Shown here piece after piece: positions 51,620 through 63,684 of a DNA stretch of 64,000 bases. The position numbers were made by a program, and so were the translations under genes. Source of the stretch: an uncultured Chloroflexia bacterium (GTDB taxonomy: Bacteria > Chloroflexota > Limnocylindria > QHBO01); the NCBI GenBank assembly GCA_963825525.1, contig CAWGTN010000001.1, forward strand, positions 128,001 to 192,000. The letters run 5' to 3'. Numbering within the stretch: position 1 is the first letter of the stretch; every line of letters starts with the position of its first letter. The notes under the pieces are model-generated. The model worked only from the letters and a program-made list of their open reading frames with translations, was not told the DNA's origin and made no database searches.

Positions 51620-52300
51620 AGCTCCACGACCTGCACCCGGCTCCCGGGTCGCGGACGCCGTCCCGGAGGGTCGGCCGCGGCCACGGTTCGGGACGCGGCA
51701 AGACCGCGGGACGCGGAACCAAGGGCCAGAAGGCGCGAGCCGGCGGAGGCATCCCGGCCTGGTTCGAGGGTGGGCAGACCCCGCTCCACATCCGGACCCC
51801 GAAGCTGCATGGCTTCCGGAACCGGGACCGCATTCCCGTACGCCCCGCTCAACCTGGCGAAGATCGCCGAGGTCGAGAAGGGCACGCTCGTCACACCCGA
51901 TGTCCTTGCACACGACGGCCTGATCCGCGACACGAAGCTGCCGGTCAAGATCCTGGGTGTCGGCGACGCGCCGAAGGGGATCACGATCCACGCTCACGCG
52001 TTCAGCAAGAGCGCCCTGGACAAGCTGGCCGCCGCCGGGTCCACCGTTCAGCGCCTCAGCTGGCCGGACAACGCGCCGGTCGACGAGGAAGCCGAAGCAC
52101 AGGCGGCAGCCGATGCCGTCGCGCGTACCGAGGCTCGCCTGGCCAAGCGTGCCCGCAAGGGCAAGGGCAAGGGCAAGGGCGGCACTCCGCCCGCAGCAGC
52201 CGCCGCGGCAGATGTCGCCGATGAGCAGGCCACGTCAACCGACTCCTCCGCCGCGGGGAACGAAGAGCAGGCCGATGGCGAAAGCGGGCCGGAAGCTTGA
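51616..52300 (+). CDS. rplO: 50S ribosomal protein uL15 with C-terminal extension (+1 frameshift ~51836)
   Basis: [36 protein letters not shown]. Confidence 0.95.
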
Positions 52301-53584
52301 TCGAGACGGCCCTCACCGCCTTCCGGGCGCCGGACATCCGGCGCAAGGTGCTCTTCACGCTCGGGATCCTGCTGATCTTCCGGGCGCTGACGAACGTGCC
52401 GATTCCGAACGTGAACACGGCCGCCCTGAGCGACCTGTTCACGAACAACCCGTTGCTCGGGATCCTGAACATCTTCTCCGGAGGCGGCCTGGCGGCCGCA
52501 TCGGTCATCGGCCTCGGGGTGAACCCGTACATCAACTCGAGCATCGTCATGCAGCTCATGCGCGGCGTGATCCCGGCGCTCGAGGAGCTGAGTCGCGAGG
52601 GCGAGTACGGCCGCAACAAGATCAACCAGTACACGCGCATGCTGACCGTGCCGTTCGCCTTCGCCCAGGGCTATGGCATCAGCGTGCTGCTCAGCTCGAG
52701 CGGCGTCATTCCGTCGAACCCGCTCTTCAGCATCGAGACCCTCAGCCTGCTGCTCAGCTTCACGGCTGGCACCGTCCTCCTCATGTGGCTGGGCGAGCTC
52801 ATCAGTGAGAAGGGGCTGGGCAACGGCATCAGCTTCATCATCTTCGCCGGCATCGTCGGCAGCATCCCGCAGCAGGTCGGACCGATTCTGCAGGGACCGG
52901 ACTCGATCGCGCGGCTCATCCCGTTCGTCATCGTGGCGGTCGTGGTCGTGGCGGCGGTCGTCTTCATCAATGAGGGCCAGCGCCGCATCCCGGTGCAGTA
53001 CGCGAGCCGCGTCCGCGGCCGGCGCATGTACCAGGGCCAGACGCAGTACCTGCCGCTCAAGGTGACGATGGCCGGCGTCATCCCGATCATCTTCGCCGTC
53101 AGCATCCTGCTCTTCCCGGCGCAGATCGCCCAGTACTTCACCGCCAGCGACATCACCTGGGTGCGCGACGCGGCGAACTTCATCGCCACCAACCTCGACG
53201 GGCGGACGAACATTCCGGTCTACGGCGACGATGTACTTCCTGCTCGTCGTGTTCTTCACCTACTTCTACACGGCGTTCCAGTTCCGACCCGACCAGACCG
53301 CGGACTACCTGCGCAAGAACGGCGGGTTCATCCCCGGCATCCGTCCGGGCAAGCCGACCGAGGAGTTCCTGGGCCGGGTGACGAACCGCATCACGCTGGG
53401 CGGTGCGCTGTTCCTCGGCTTCATCGCGGTGCTGCCGTTCATCGTGACGGCCGCGATCCCGGGCACGAACAACCTGCAGCTCGGCGGGACCAGCATCCTG
53501 ATCATGGTCAGCGTGGTGGTCGAGACGATGAAGCAGCTCGAGGCGCAGATGATGATGCGCCACTACGAGGGCTTCATCAGGTGA
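52297..53584 (+). CDS. secY: preprotein translocase SecY (+1 frameshift ~53225)
   Basis: LGVNPYINSSI, GLGNGIS, AGVIPIIFA; FIPGIRPG and GGTSILI in the second frame. Confidence 0.97.
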
Positions 53585-54277
53585 CCGACGAGCCCGTGCG
53601 CGGACCGTGGTGACGAGCGCCTGATCCTCCTCCTGGTCGGCGCCGTGGGCGCCGGCAAGGGGACCCAGGCCGGCATCCTGTCGCGCGAGCTCGGGCTGGT
53701 GCACCTGGCATCGGGCAACCTGTTCCGGGCGGCACTCGCCGCGGGAACCGAGCTCGGCGAGGCGGCCCGCGAGTACATGGAGGCGGGCGAGCTCGTACCC
53801 GATGAGCTCACGATCGCCATGTTCATGGAGGAGCTGGCCCGGCCCGCCGCCGATGCCGGCGCCATCCTCGACGGGTTTCCGCGAACCGTGGGGCAGGCCA
53901 AGGCACTGGACGACACGCTGGCCGCCGCGGGGGAGCGGATTCGCCGCGTGCTGTACATCGAAGTCCCGACCGAGAAGCTGGTTCGGCGGGTCGCCGGCCG
54001 ATGGGTGTGCCCGCAGTGCGGCACCCCGTACCACGAGGACACCGACCCACCGCGCGTCGCGGGCGTCTGCGATCGGGACGGCACCGTGCTGCGCCAGCGT
54101 GACGATGACCGTCCGGAGGTCGTGCGCGCGCGGCTCGACAAGCAGGTGCCGCCGATGCTGGCCGTGGTCGAGCACTACGAGCGAGTGGGGATCGTCGATC
54201 GGTTGGATGGGACGCAGTCGATCGAGGCCGTGACCGCAGCGATCCTGGCGAGCATCGGCACGCCGGCGGCTCGCTGA
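53581..54277 (+). CDS. adk: adenylate kinase (probable +1 frameshift near the start)
   Basis: GAGKGTQ, GELVPD, DGFPR, zinc LID CPQC..CDRD, QRDDD; start inferred. Confidence 0.94.
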
Positions 54278-54282
54278 TCCGG

Positions 54283-55065
54283 ATGGGCATGAGAACGCCA
54301 GGCGCGGTCACCATCAAGCGAGCGTCGGAGATCGACCAGATGCGCGGAGCCGGACGCATCCTGGCAGGCATCCTCGACATCCTGCACGCCGAGCTTCGGC
54401 CCGGCATCACCACGGGCGACCTGGACGCCATTGCCGAGCGAATGATCCGGGATGCCGGCGCCATCCCCTCGTTCAAGGGATACGGCACCAATCCGCCGTT
54501 CCCGGGATCGATCTGCGCCAGCGTCAACGACGAGGTCGTCCACGGGATCCCATCTCGGCGCCGCCGGCTGGCCGCGGGCGATGTCGTCAGCATCGACATC
54601 GGTTGCATCCTCGATGGCTGGCACGCTGACTGCGCCCGCACCTGGATCATCGGCGATGTGCCGCCCGAGGTCTCCGCGCTGGTCGATGCGACGCGCCGCG
54701 GCATGGAGGCGGGCATCGCGGCCGCGCGGCCGGGCAACCGCCTGGGTGATATCGGCCACGCCATCGAGACCGTGGCGCACGAGCGTGGGTATGGCATCGT
54801 CCGGCCCTTCGTCGGGCACGGCATCGGCCGCTCCATGCACGAGGATCCGCAGGTTCCGAACTACGGCGCCCCGGGAACGGGACTTCGCATCGAGGCCGGG
54901 ATGTGCTTCGCGATCGAGCCGATGTTCACGTTGGGCCGCGACGACGTGTTCGTGGCCGATGACAACTGGACCGTGCGGACCTCCGACGCCAGCCTGGCGG
55001 CCCATTTCGAGAACACGATCGCGGTGACCGAGGGAGGTCCCGAGATCCTCACCGAGCGCCCATGA
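54283..55065 (+). CDS. map: methionine aminopeptidase type I
   Basis: [33 protein letters not shown]. Confidence 0.97.
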   Translation: MGMRTPGAVTIKRASEIDQMRGAGRILAGILDILHAELRPGITTGDLDAIAERMIRDAGAIPSFKGYGTNPPFPGSICASVNDEVVHGIPSRRRRLAAGDVVSIDIGCILDGWHADCARTWIIGDVPPEVSALVDATRRGMEAGIAAARPGNRLGDIGHAIETVAHERGYGIVRPFVGHGIGRSMHEDPQVPNYGAPGTGLRIEAGMCFAIEPMFTLGRDDVFVADDNWTVRTSDASLAAHFENTIAVTEGGPEILTERP

Positions 55066-55071
55066 CCCGCC

Positions 55072-55101
55072 TTGTACGACCTGGGCGGCTTGGGGTATAC
55101 T
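55072..55101 (+). promoter_or_regulatory. promoter for infA-alpha operon
   Basis: TTGTAC-18 nt-TATACT. Confidence 0.6.
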
Positions 55102-55189
55102 CTCCGTTCCGTGGGTCGCCCTGTGCGGCGGCCTTTTCGCGTGTCGGTCCCATTGCAATGAATCAACGCTGAACGAGGTTGCGTGTCGC

Positions 55190-55408
55190 TTGCCAAAGAA
55201 GGATGCCATTGAGGTCGAGGGAGAGGTCGTTCTCCCCCTGCCGAACGCGATGTTCAAGGTGCGCCTGGAGAACGGGCACGAGGTGCTCGCACACATCTCC
55301 GGGAAGCTGCGCCAGAACTTCATCCGCATCCTGCCCGGTGACACCGTCCGCGTTGAGCTTTCCCCCTATGACCTCACCCGGGGTCGCATCACGTACAGGA
55401 TGAGATGA
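55190..55408 (+). CDS. infA: translation initiation factor IF-1
   Basis: TTG start; [22 protein letters not shown]. Confidence 0.97.
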   Translation: MPKKDAIEVEGEVVLPLPNAMFKVRLENGHEVLAHISGKLRQNFIRILPGDTVRVELSPYDLTRGRITYRMR

Positions 55409-55518
55409 AAGTTTCTGCATCCGTGAAGCCCCGCTGCGAGCGCTGCAAGGTCATCAAGCGCTCCGGTGTGGTCATGGTCATCTGCGTCGTTCCCAAGCAC
55501 AAGCAGCGGCAGGGCTAG
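55405..55518 (+). CDS. rpmJ: 50S ribosomal protein bL36 (not in ORF track)
   Basis: Translated by hand: [37 protein letters not shown]. Confidence 0.97.
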   Translation: MKVSASVKPRCERCKVIKRSGVVMVICVVPKHKQRQG

Positions 55519-55525
55519 GAGGATC

Positions 55526-55897
55526 GTGGCACGTATCTCCGGCGTCGATATTCCCCGCGAGAAGCGGGTGATCATCAGCCTCACCTACATCCACGGCATC
55601 GGCCCGACATCGGCCTCCAAGGTCATCACGGCGGCGAACGTGTCACCCGACACCCGCGTCCGTGACCTGACCGAAGAGGAGGTCAACCGCCTCCGCGAGG
55701 TGGTCGATCGCCAGTTCAAGGTGGAGGGAGACCTCCGCCGCGAAGTCAGCCTCAACGTCAAGCGCCTGATGGAGATCGGCTCGTATCGCGGGCTGCGTCA
55801 TCGCCGCAACCTGCCGGTCCGCGGGCAGCGCACCAAGACAAATGCACGGCAGCGCCGAGGTCCCAAGAAGACCGTCGGCATCCGCCGCAAGAAGTAA
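55526..55897 (+). CDS. rpsM: 30S ribosomal protein uS13
   Basis: [27 protein letters not shown]. Confidence 0.98.
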   Translation: MARISGVDIPREKRVIISLTYIHGIGPTSASKVITAANVSPDTRVRDLTEEEVNRLREVVDRQFKVEGDLRREVSLNVKRLMEIGSYRGLRHRRNLPVRGQRTKTNARQRRGPKKTVGIRRKK

Positions 55898-55907
55898 CGG
55901 GAGTTCC

Positions 55908-56303
55908 ATGGCAGAGCGTAAGCGCACGCAGCGCGGCAAGAAGCGCGAGCGAAAGAACGTGCCGACGGGGCACGCGCACATCCAGTCGACGTTCAACAAC
56001 ACGATCGTGACCATCACCGACACGACCGGGAACGTCATCAGCTGGGGCAGCGCGGGCCTGGTCGGCTTCAAGGGCTCCCGCAAGAGCACGCCGTATGCGG
56101 CCGCGCAGACCGCGGACATCGCGGCAAAGCGCGCGATGGAGAACGGCATGCGCCAGATCGAGGTCTTCGTCAAAGGCCCGGGTGGCGGCCGTGAGCAGGC
56201 CATTCGCTCGCTCCAGACGGCCGGGCTCGAAGTGACGGCCATCACGGATGTGACTCCCATCCCGCACAACGGCTGCCGCCCGCCCAAGCGGCGCCGGGTC
56301 TGA
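55908..56303 (+). CDS. rpsK: 30S ribosomal protein uS11
   Basis: [32 protein letters not shown]. Confidence 0.98.
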   Translation: MAERKRTQRGKKRERKNVPTGHAHIQSTFNNTIVTITDTTGNVISWGSAGLVGFKGSRKSTPYAAAQTADIAAKRAMENGMRQIEVFVKGPGGGREQAIRSLQTAGLEVTAITDVTPIPHNGCRPPKRRRV

Positions 56304-56319
56304 GAGGGGATCGAACAAC

Positions 56320-56946
56320 ATGGCACGCTACAACGACGCCGTCTGCCGCATCTGCCGCCGCGAAGGGCTGAAGCTCTTCCTCAAGGGCAGCCGGTGCTAC
56401 AGCCGCAAATGCGCCTTCGAGCGCCGCAGCACCCCGCCGGGCATGAACACCATGCGCCGTCGCAAGGTGAGCGAGTACGGCCTCCAGCTTCGCGAGAAGC
56501 AGAAGGTGCGGAAGAGCTACTCGGTGCTCGAGCGCCAGTTCCGCAACTATTTCGCCAAGGCCGAACAGCACAAGGGCATGACCGGCGAGAACCTGCTGCG
56601 TCTCCTCGAGATGCGGCTGGACAACGTCGTGTTCCGAATGGGCTTTGCGTCCAGTCGAGCACAGGCACGCCAGCTCGTCAGCCATGGCCATTTCGCGGTC
56701 AACGGGCGCCCCACCAACATCCCGAGCTTCGGCGTCTCCGTGGGTGACCGGGTCGAGGTCCGTGACAGCCGACGCGGTCGCGAATTCTTCAAGATCGCCC
56801 CCGAGACGATGAAGGCGGCGCAGGTCCCCGAATGGGTGAGCGCCGACCCGTCGAAGCTTTCCGGAACCGTTCTCGCCGAACCGGCGCGCGAGCAGATGCC
56901 GCTCGAATTCAACGAGCAGCTCGTCGTCGAGTACTACTCGCGCTAG
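56320..56946 (+). CDS. rpsD: 30S ribosomal protein uS4 (zinc type)
   Basis: [35 protein letters not shown]. Confidence 0.98.
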   Translation: MARYNDAVCRICRREGLKLFLKGSRCYSRKCAFERRSTPPGMNTMRRRKVSEYGLQLREKQKVRKSYSVLERQFRNYFAKAEQHKGMTGENLLRLLEMRLDNVVFRMGFASSRAQARQLVSHGHFAVNGRPTNIPSFGVSVGDRVEVRDSRRGREFFKIAPETMKAAQVPEWVSADPSKLSGTVLAEPAREQMPLEFNEQLVVEYYSR

Positions 56947-56962
56947 GAGCCTGATCCTTCCC

Positions 56963-57997
56963 ATGATCGAACTAGAAACCCCCCAGCCGATCCAGGCGCC
57001 CGATCCGCACATCGAAGAGGTGCACGCGGAGGGCAACGTGGGTCGCTTCGAGGTCACGCCCCTTCAGGAGGGGTATGGCATGACGCTCGGCAACAGCCTG
57101 CGTCGCGTGCTGCTCAGCTCGCTGGACGGCGCGGCCGTGACCAGCGTGCAGATCCACGGCGTGTTCCACGAGTTCAGCACCATCGAGAACGTCAAGGAAG
57201 ACGTCACCCAGATCGTGCTGAACGTGAAGAAGCTGCGTCTCCGCTCCTTCGCGCGTCACGCCGTCACGCTGAAGCTCGCAAAGCGCGGCGCCGGACCGGT
57301 GACCGCCGCGGACATCGCCGAGTCGGCCGACGTCGAGATCGTCAATCCCGATCTCGTGATCCTGACGCTCGACTCGGACTCCGGCGCCATCGAGATGGAC
57401 CTCACCGTGGAGACCGGCATGGGCTACCAGCCCGCCGAGCACACGGAGGACATGCCCATCGGCGTCGTGCCGGTGGACGCGATCTTCTCTCCCGTGCGCC
57501 GCGTGAACTACCAGGTCGAGAAGACCCGCGTCGGCCAGATGACCAACTACGACAAGCTGACCCTGGAGATCGAGACCGACGGCACCACGACAGCGCAGTC
57601 CGCGTTGAGCCAGGCGGCCGAGATCCTGGTCCGTGAGTTCAGCCGTTTCACCGAGGTCGGCCGACCGTCGGTGGCCGCCGAGTCGGCTGCCCCCACGGCT
57701 CCGAGTGCGAACCTGCTGGATGCGCCGATCGAGGAGCTCGATCTGCCGATGCGGGCCTATAACAGCCTCAAGCGCAACAGCATCACGAAGATCGGCCAGG
57801 TCCTCTCACTCAGCGATGACGAGTTCCTGCGGATGCGCAACTTCGGACAGAAGAGCCTGGATGAGCTGAAGGAGCGACTGGCGCTTCGTGGCTTCATCGC
57901 GCCGGAGGCAACTTCGATGAGCAGCGACGAGTCGGACATCCCGGCCTCCGCCGAGCTCGACGAGGCCGCGGCCGCAGAGCTCGACCGGGAGTCCTGA
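56963..57997 (+). CDS. rpoA: RNA polymerase alpha subunit
   Basis: GYGMTLGNSLRRVLLSS, DAIFSPV, RAYNSLKR, NFGQKS. Confidence 0.98.
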   Translation: MIELETPQPIQAPDPHIEEVHAEGNVGRFEVTPLQEGYGMTLGNSLRRVLLSSLDGAAVTSVQIHGVFHEFSTIENVKEDVTQIVLNVKKLRLRSFARHAVTLKLAKRGAGPVTAADIAESADVEIVNPDLVILTLDSDSGAIEMDLTVETGMGYQPAEHTEDMPIGVVPVDAIFSPVRRVNYQVEKTRVGQMTNYDKLTLEIETDGTTTAQSALSQAAEILVREFSRFTEVGRPSVAAESAAPTAPSANLLDAPIEELDLPMRAYNSLKRNSITKIGQVLSLSDDEFLRMRNFGQKSLDELKERLALRGFIAPEATSMSSDESDIPASAELDEAAAAELDRES

Positions 57998-58001
57998 ACC
58001 G

Positions 58002-58355
58002 ATGCCGCATCGCATTGCCGGGCGAAAGCTCAGCCGCACGCACGCGCATCGGGTCTCGATGCTCGGCAATCTCGCCGTATCGATCATCCGCTACGAGAAG
58101 GTCAAGACCACCGAGGCGAAGGCCAAGGAGGTTCGTGGGATGGTCGACGGGATGATCACGCTCGCGAAGCGCGGTGACCTTCACGCGCGCCGACAGCTCG
58201 TGTCGAAGATGCCGCACGAGCCGCTCATCGTCGAGAAGCTCATGTCCGAGATCGCCGGCAAGTATGCCGACCGGACCTCGGGCTACACGCGCATCGTCAA
58301 GCTGGGACAGCGTCCCGGCGACAGCGCATCCATGGTCCAGATCGAGCTCGTCTGA
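58002..58355 (+). CDS. rplQ: 50S ribosomal protein bL17
   Basis: MPHR..KLSR, TTEAKAKE, GYTRIVK. Confidence 0.98.
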   Translation: MPHRIAGRKLSRTHAHRVSMLGNLAVSIIRYEKVKTTEAKAKEVRGMVDGMITLAKRGDLHARRQLVSKMPHEPLIVEKLMSEIAGKYADRTSGYTRIVKLGQRPGDSASMVQIELV

Positions 58356-58386
58356 GGACGGGCAAACTCAATACCGAACCGATCCG

Positions 58387-59232
58387 ATGATGCCGGCCGC
58401 ACCTCGTGTGCTCAAGGCGGTCATCGAATACGACGGAACGGCCTTCGCCGGCTCGCAGGTCCAGCCAAATGCTCGGACCGTGCAGGGGGAGCTGGAGGAG
58501 GCGCTTAACAGGCTGATCGGCGTTCGGACGAAAGTCCGGCTCGCCGGGCGAACCGATGCCGGGGTGCATGCCACCGGCCAGGTCGCGGCATTCCAACTCC
58601 CTCGCGAGTTTGCGCAGGAGGGCGGACTGCCGGGGCTGCAGCAACGCGTGAACGCGGCGCTGCCGCCCGACCTGACCGTGCGTGCTCTGCGGGAGGCGGC
58701 GCCGGGCTTCGACCCGAGGCGCGACGCGCGCTGGCGCGTCTACCGCTACCGGATCCTCACGAACGGGGCCAGGCATCCGCTCGATCGACATCGGACGCTC
58801 GAGATCGACGAGACGCTCGACATCGAGGCCATGCGCGCGGCCGCCGAGCGCATGCTGGGAGAGCGGGACTTCGCCGCGATGGGCGCCGATGCGCACGGGC
58901 GGACCGTCCGCCATCTCGCCGACCTGCGGGTGACCCGGCGCGGGGACCTCGTCGAGGTCCGCGCAACGGCGAACGCGTTTCTGCGACGCATGGTGCGCAG
59001 CATCGTGGCCGTCCTGCTCGAAGTCGGGCGAGGACGGATCGCCCCCGCGTCCGTGGACCGGATGATGGGCGATGACCGTCGGGCACTCCACGGCCGCACG
59101 GCACCGCCGCACGGTCTGACGCTCGAGCGCATCGTCTACCGATCAGCCAATGAACCGAAGAACGAACGAGCGCCGGACCGCCGAGGGCCGGTGCGCAGTA
59201 ACCAAGGCAAGCCGGAGAGCACATCAACGTGA
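58387..59232 (+). CDS. truA: tRNA pseudouridine(38-40) synthase
   Basis: [33 protein letters not shown]. Confidence 0.96.
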   Translation: MMPAAPRVLKAVIEYDGTAFAGSQVQPNARTVQGELEEALNRLIGVRTKVRLAGRTDAGVHATGQVAAFQLPREFAQEGGLPGLQQRVNAALPPDLTVRALREAAPGFDPRRDARWRVYRYRILTNGARHPLDRHRTLEIDETLDIEAMRAAAERMLGERDFAAMGADAHGRTVRHLADLRVTRRGDLVEVRATANAFLRRMVRSIVAVLLEVGRGRIAPASVDRMMGDDRRALHGRTAPPHGLTLERIVYRSANEPKNERAPDRRGPVRSNQGKPESTST

Positions 59233-59657
59233 AGACCTACGCCGTCAAGGCAGGCGAGATCGAGCGCAGCTGGTGGGTCGTCGATGCGACCGGTCAGACG
59301 CTGGGCCGGCTTGCTACCCGCATCGCCACCCTGCTCGAGGGCAAGCACAAGCCGATCTACACGCCGCACCTCGACACCGGTGATCACGTGGTCGTCCTCA
59401 ACGCGGGGAAGATCAAGGTGACCGGAGACAAGCTGAAGCAGAAGAGCTACTTCCGCCACTCGAACTACCCGGGCGGCCTCCGCGAGGAGTCGCTCGAGAC
59501 GTTGCTCGAGCGCAAGCCCGAGCTGGTCATCGAGCGCGCGGTCAAGGGAATGCTGCCCCAGAACCGTCTCGGCCGGGCCATGTACAAGAAGCTGAAGGTC
59601 TACAGCGGCGCGGACCATCCGCACCAGGCTCAGCAGCCTACCGCTGTCGAGCTGTAA
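59229..59657 (+). CDS. rplM: 50S ribosomal protein uL13
   Basis: [21 protein letters not shown]. Confidence 0.98.
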   Translation: MKTYAVKAGEIERSWWVVDATGQTLGRLATRIATLLEGKHKPIYTPHLDTGDHVVVLNAGKIKVTGDKLKQKSYFRHSNYPGGLREESLETLLERKPELVIERAVKGMLPQNRLGRAMYKKLKVYSGADHPHQAQQPTAVEL

Positions 59658-59670
59658 GAGAGGACGATCC

Positions 59671-60063
59671 GTGAGCACGAACTACGTCTACGGCACCGGG
59701 CGGCGCAAGACCGCGGTCGCGCGCGTTCGCCTGCTGCCCGGCGACGGCAGCATCATCGTCAACGGCAAGACCGCGGCCGACTACTTCGGCGGGGTTGCCC
59801 GGGACGGCGGCATGCTGCTCCCGTTCCGCGTGACCGAGACCGAGGGCCGCTACTCGGCCAGCGTCCTCGTGGCGGGCGGTGGCGTTTCCGGCCAGGTCGG
59901 GGCGATCCGTCACGGCATCGCTCGAGCGTTGCTGCGAGCACATCCCGACGCGCGAGCAGCGTTGCGCGAGGCAGGCCTGCTGACCCGCGACCCGCGGGCC
60001 AAGGAGCGCAAGAAGTACGGTCTCAAGCGGGCCCGCAAGGCGCCGCAGTACACCAAGCGCTAG
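59671..60063 (+). CDS. rpsI: 30S ribosomal protein uS9
   Basis: [30 protein letters not shown]. Confidence 0.98.
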   Translation: MSTNYVYGTGRRKTAVARVRLLPGDGSIIVNGKTAADYFGGVARDGGMLLPFRVTETEGRYSASVLVAGGGVSGQVGAIRHGIARALLRAHPDARAALREAGLLTRDPRAKERKKYGLKRARKAPQYTKR

Positions 60064-60085
60064 GCATCAGCCACGCGTCGTCAGC

Positions 60086-60117
60086 AGGGAGCCCCGGCCG
60101 TGCAGCCGGGGCTCTTT
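60086..60117 (+). terminator. terminator after rpsI
   Basis: Stem GAGCCCCGGC/GCCGGGGCTC followed by TTT. Confidence 0.8.
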
Positions 60118-60166
60118 GGTACCATCGGCCCCTCCGCTCCACAGCAACGCAGGCCATACTGACCTC

Positions 60167-61102
60167 GTGATCGACGCGATCCGCGACTTCTACGGGACCT
60201 ACCTCAACGGCAGCTGGACGTCGGTCATCGACATCGGGCTGGTGGCGATCGTCATCTATTGGCTGTTCATCCTCATCCGCGGTACCCGCGCGGTCCGGAT
60301 CGTCATCGGCCTGTCCATCCTGTACTTCGTCTACCTCGCCGCCCTTCTGTTCGGGTTCGAGCTGCTGCGTCGGCTCATGGAGACGGCCGCAGTCGTCGGA
60401 CTGTTCGCGGTGGTGGTGGTCTTCCAGCCCGAGCTTCGGCGGGCGCTTGAACAGATCGGCCGCATCGGATCGGTCAACCGATTCTTCGTCAGCACAGAGG
60501 TCGCCAGCGCGGAGCGCGTGGCGCGCGAGATCAGCCGTGCGGCGCGAATCCTGGCCGGTTCCCGGCACGGGGCGCTGATCGCGCTGGAGCGCGAAACGGG
60601 CCTCCAGGACCTGGCAGCCGAGTCGGGGGTCCCGGTCCATGCCGACCTGCGGGCGGAGCTGCTCGTCACGATCTTCTATCGCGGAACCGCCCTGCACGAC
60701 GGCGCGGTGGTCATCTCCGGCGAGCAGATCACCTCGGCCGGCGTCCTGCTGCCGTTGAGCCAGAACGTCGTCGACTCGGAGCGCTATGGGACCCGGCACC
60801 GAGCCGCGATCGGGATCAGCGAGCAGACCGATGCCGTGGTCGTGGTCGTGAGCGAGGAGACCGGCTCGATCTCGCTTGTCGTCCGTGGCCGGATCGAGCG
60901 CAACCTGACCGAGGAGCACCTGCGCCGACGCATCTTCAACCTCATTCGCCCGCAGGCACCGCGACGCGCCGTGCCGTTCCTTCGGCGCTCGATCGAGGGA
61001 CGCTGGCAGATCGGCCAGGACGAGCCGGAGAAGGACGAGCCGATCGATCCCGATGCCCGCGTCGTCCCGACCGCGGCCGACAGCCGTCCGGCAAGGCGCT
61101 GA
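60167..61102 (+). CDS. cdaA: diadenylate cyclase CdaA
   Basis: Three TM helices, FQPELRRAL, LHDGA, GTRHRAA, VSEETG. Confidence 0.95.
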   Translation: MIDAIRDFYGTYLNGSWTSVIDIGLVAIVIYWLFILIRGTRAVRIVIGLSILYFVYLAALLFGFELLRRLMETAAVVGLFAVVVVFQPELRRALEQIGRIGSVNRFFVSTEVASAERVAREISRAARILAGSRHGALIALERETGLQDLAAESGVPVHADLRAELLVTIFYRGTALHDGAVVISGEQITSAGVLLPLSQNVVDSERYGTRHRAAIGISEQTDAVVVVVSEETGSISLVVRGRIERNLTEEHLRRRIFNLIRPQAPRRAVPFLRRSIEGRWQIGQDEPEKDEPIDPDARVVPTAADSRPARR

Positions 61103-61103
61103 C

Positions 61104-62352
61104 ATGCAATTCCTGCTGCGCAACTGGCATCTCAAGCTGTCCGCGGTCCTGCTGGCGACCGTTCTGTACACCGGACTGGTCTTCTCCGGGCAGTTCAGCG
61201 AGTCCACGATCCAGGTCCGGATCGACCAGGACAACGCGCCGCGCGACTCGTTCGTGCTGAGCGGCGATCTCGGCTTCGTCGAGGTGCGCTACCGCACCAC
61301 GAACGATGCGGCTGCCGGCGTGGTGGCCGAGGCGTTCGTGGCCCGCGTGGACCTGGCGTCCTACGACATGGATCAGGCGCCCGAACCGCAGGTCCTGGAT
61401 GTCGATGTCTCGGCCCTGAGCGATGGGATCGAGGTCCTCTCGGTGACCCCCCAGACCGTGCGCGTTGAGCTCGACACGATCGAGGTCCGGTCCGTGCCGG
61501 TGCAGGTCGACACGAGCGCGGTTCCTGCCGGCCTCGAGATCGGGGAGCCGGTCGTGAGCCGCGAGACGGTCGACGTGCGCGGACCATCGTCGATCGTCCG
61601 TCGCGTGAGCCGGGTCGTCGCGTTCGCGAACATCAGCGCCTCGGCGATCGATTTCAACGAGCCGGTCGAGCTGATTGCGGTGGATGTCGAGGGCCAGCCG
61701 ATCGATGCGGGCAGGCTCGAGATCGAGCCGTCGACCGTTTCGGTGCAGGTATCGGTCGAGGCGACCGAGACGAACAAGACGGTGCCGGTACGACCGGACA
61801 TCAGCGGGACGCCGGCCCCCGGATTCGCGCTCGAGTCGCTGAGTGTCGGAGCCGTCGATCGTCACCCTGCGCGGCCTTCCCGAGGTCCTCGCGGACATCG
61901 ACGAGGTTCTCACCGAGCCGCTGAGCATCGCCGGCGTCTCGGGCAACCAGTCCTTCGAGGCCGAGCTGGTCCTGAGCGACGACGTGCGGCTGGCCGAAGC
62001 GGACGCGGTGGCAAACGTGACCGTTCGCGCCACGATCGTGGAATCGGTGTCGAGCCGGACGTTCGTGGTCGGCATCATCTGCCAGGGCGCGGGCTCGAAC
62101 GCGTGCATCCCGGCCATCGACCAGCTGACGATCACCCTGAGTGGGCCGGGCGATGCGCTCTCGGGCCTCAGCGCCGCATCGCTCACCCCGTCGGTGAACG
62201 TCAGCGGACTGGCACCCGGAACGTACTCGCTCGAACCGTCGGTCGCGGGCCTTCCCGAGGGCGTGCAGCTGCTGGGCATCACGCCGGGCTCGATCTCCGT
62301 GACCGTGCAGGCGCCGGCCCCTCCGCCGCCCTCCCCGACGCCCGCACCGTAG
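61104..62352 (+). CDS. cdaR: CdaR / YbbR-repeat regulator (+1 frameshift ~61848)
   Basis: NWHLKLSAVLLA TM helix, beta-rich YbbR-like repeats (VPVQV, VDVRGP, EPSTV); between cdaA and glmM. Confidence 0.88.
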
Positions 62353-63675
62353 ATGGCAGGTCGCTTCGGCACTGACGGGATTCGCGGCGAGGTGGGGTCC
62401 GAGATCACCATGGACCTTGCCGTGGCTCTCGGCCGCGCGGTCGGCCATCGATTCGGCGGCCGCGCCCCGGTGCTGGTGGGGCGTGACACTCGTCGATCGG
62501 GCGAGATGCTGTCCGCGGCCCTCGCCGCCGGCCTGACGGCCACCGGCACGGACGTGATGGACATCGGGGTGGTCACCACGCCGTGCCTCGTCCACGCCTC
62601 GGCGTCGCGCGACGTGCCGGGGATCATGGTCTCCGCCTCGCACAATCCTGCCGGGGACAACGGTCTCAAGGTCGTGCTCGGCGGCCGGAAGGTGGATGAC
62701 GACATCGAGATGGAGCTCGACGCCCTGATCGACGACCTGTCCGGGATCCCACATCCGCGCAACGAAACGCTCGGTCGTTTGCGAGCCACCGACTCGGCCG
62801 TGGAGGATTACGAGCGCCACCTGGTCGACATCGCGGCCGATGCATTCATCGGCCTCCGGCTCGGCATCGACTGCGCCAACGGCTCGGCCAGCGGCATCGC
62901 GCCGGACCTCTTCCGTTCGCTCGGCGCGGAGGTGACGGTGCTGTACGCGACGCCCGACGGGACGAACATCAACGAGGCCTGCGGATCGACGCATCCCGAG
63001 CGCCTGGCCGAGACCGTGGCTGCCGCCGGGCTCGACCTCGGGCTGGCATTCGACGGAGACGCCGACCGCCTCATCGCCGTTGACGAGCGGGGCAGACTCG
63101 TGGACGGCGACGCGATCATGGGGATCTGTGCGCTCGCCCGGCTGCAGGACGGGTCGCTGCGCAACAACGCGCTGGTCGTCACCGTCATGAGCAACGGCGG
63201 CCTCGAGCGCATCGTGAGCGAAGCGGGCGGCCGAGTCATCCGAACCCCGGTCGGGGATCGGCACGTGCTGACGGCCATGGAACGCGAGGATGCGATGCTG
63301 GGAGGGGAGCAGTCCGGCCACATCATCTTCCGCGATCGAGCGTCGACCGGGGACGGGCTGCTCACCGGAATCGAGCTCGTGCGAGCCATGCGTGCTGCGG
63401 ACAGTCCGCTCTCGACCCTGGCCGACCAGATTCCGAGGCTGCCACAGGTGGTGATAAACTCGAAGGCACGGCTCCGCACCTCCTGGCAGCAGGATTCGGA
63501 CTTTGCGGCGGCCGTTGATCGAGCCACCGCGGAGATGGGGAGCCGCGGACGGATCCTGGTGCGACCGTCGGGCACCGAGCCCAAGATCAGGATCATGGTC
63601 GAGGGGGACGATGGCGACGAGATCGAACGCATTGCCCGCGAGCTCGCGACGCTCGCCGAGGCACGATTGAACTGA
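62353..63675 (+). CDS. glmM: phosphoglucosamine mutase
   Basis: FGTDGIRG, SASHNP, DGDADR, GGEQSGH, RPSGTEP. Confidence 0.96.
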   Translation: MAGRFGTDGIRGEVGSEITMDLAVALGRAVGHRFGGRAPVLVGRDTRRSGEMLSAALAAGLTATGTDVMDIGVVTTPCLVHASASRDVPGIMVSASHNPAGDNGLKVVLGGRKVDDDIEMELDALIDDLSGIPHPRNETLGRLRATDSAVEDYERHLVDIAADAFIGLRLGIDCANGSASGIAPDLFRSLGAEVTVLYATPDGTNINEACGSTHPERLAETVAAAGLDLGLAFDGDADRLIAVDERGRLVDGDAIMGICALARLQDGSLRNNALVVTVMSNGGLERIVSEAGGRVIRTPVGDRHVLTAMEREDAMLGGEQSGHIIFRDRASTGDGLLTGIELVRAMRAADSPLSTLADQIPRLPQVVINSKARLRTSWQQDSDFAAAVDRATAEMGSRGRILVRPSGTEPKIRIMVEGDDGDEIERIARELATLAEARLN

Positions 63676-63684
63676 GGAGACCAC

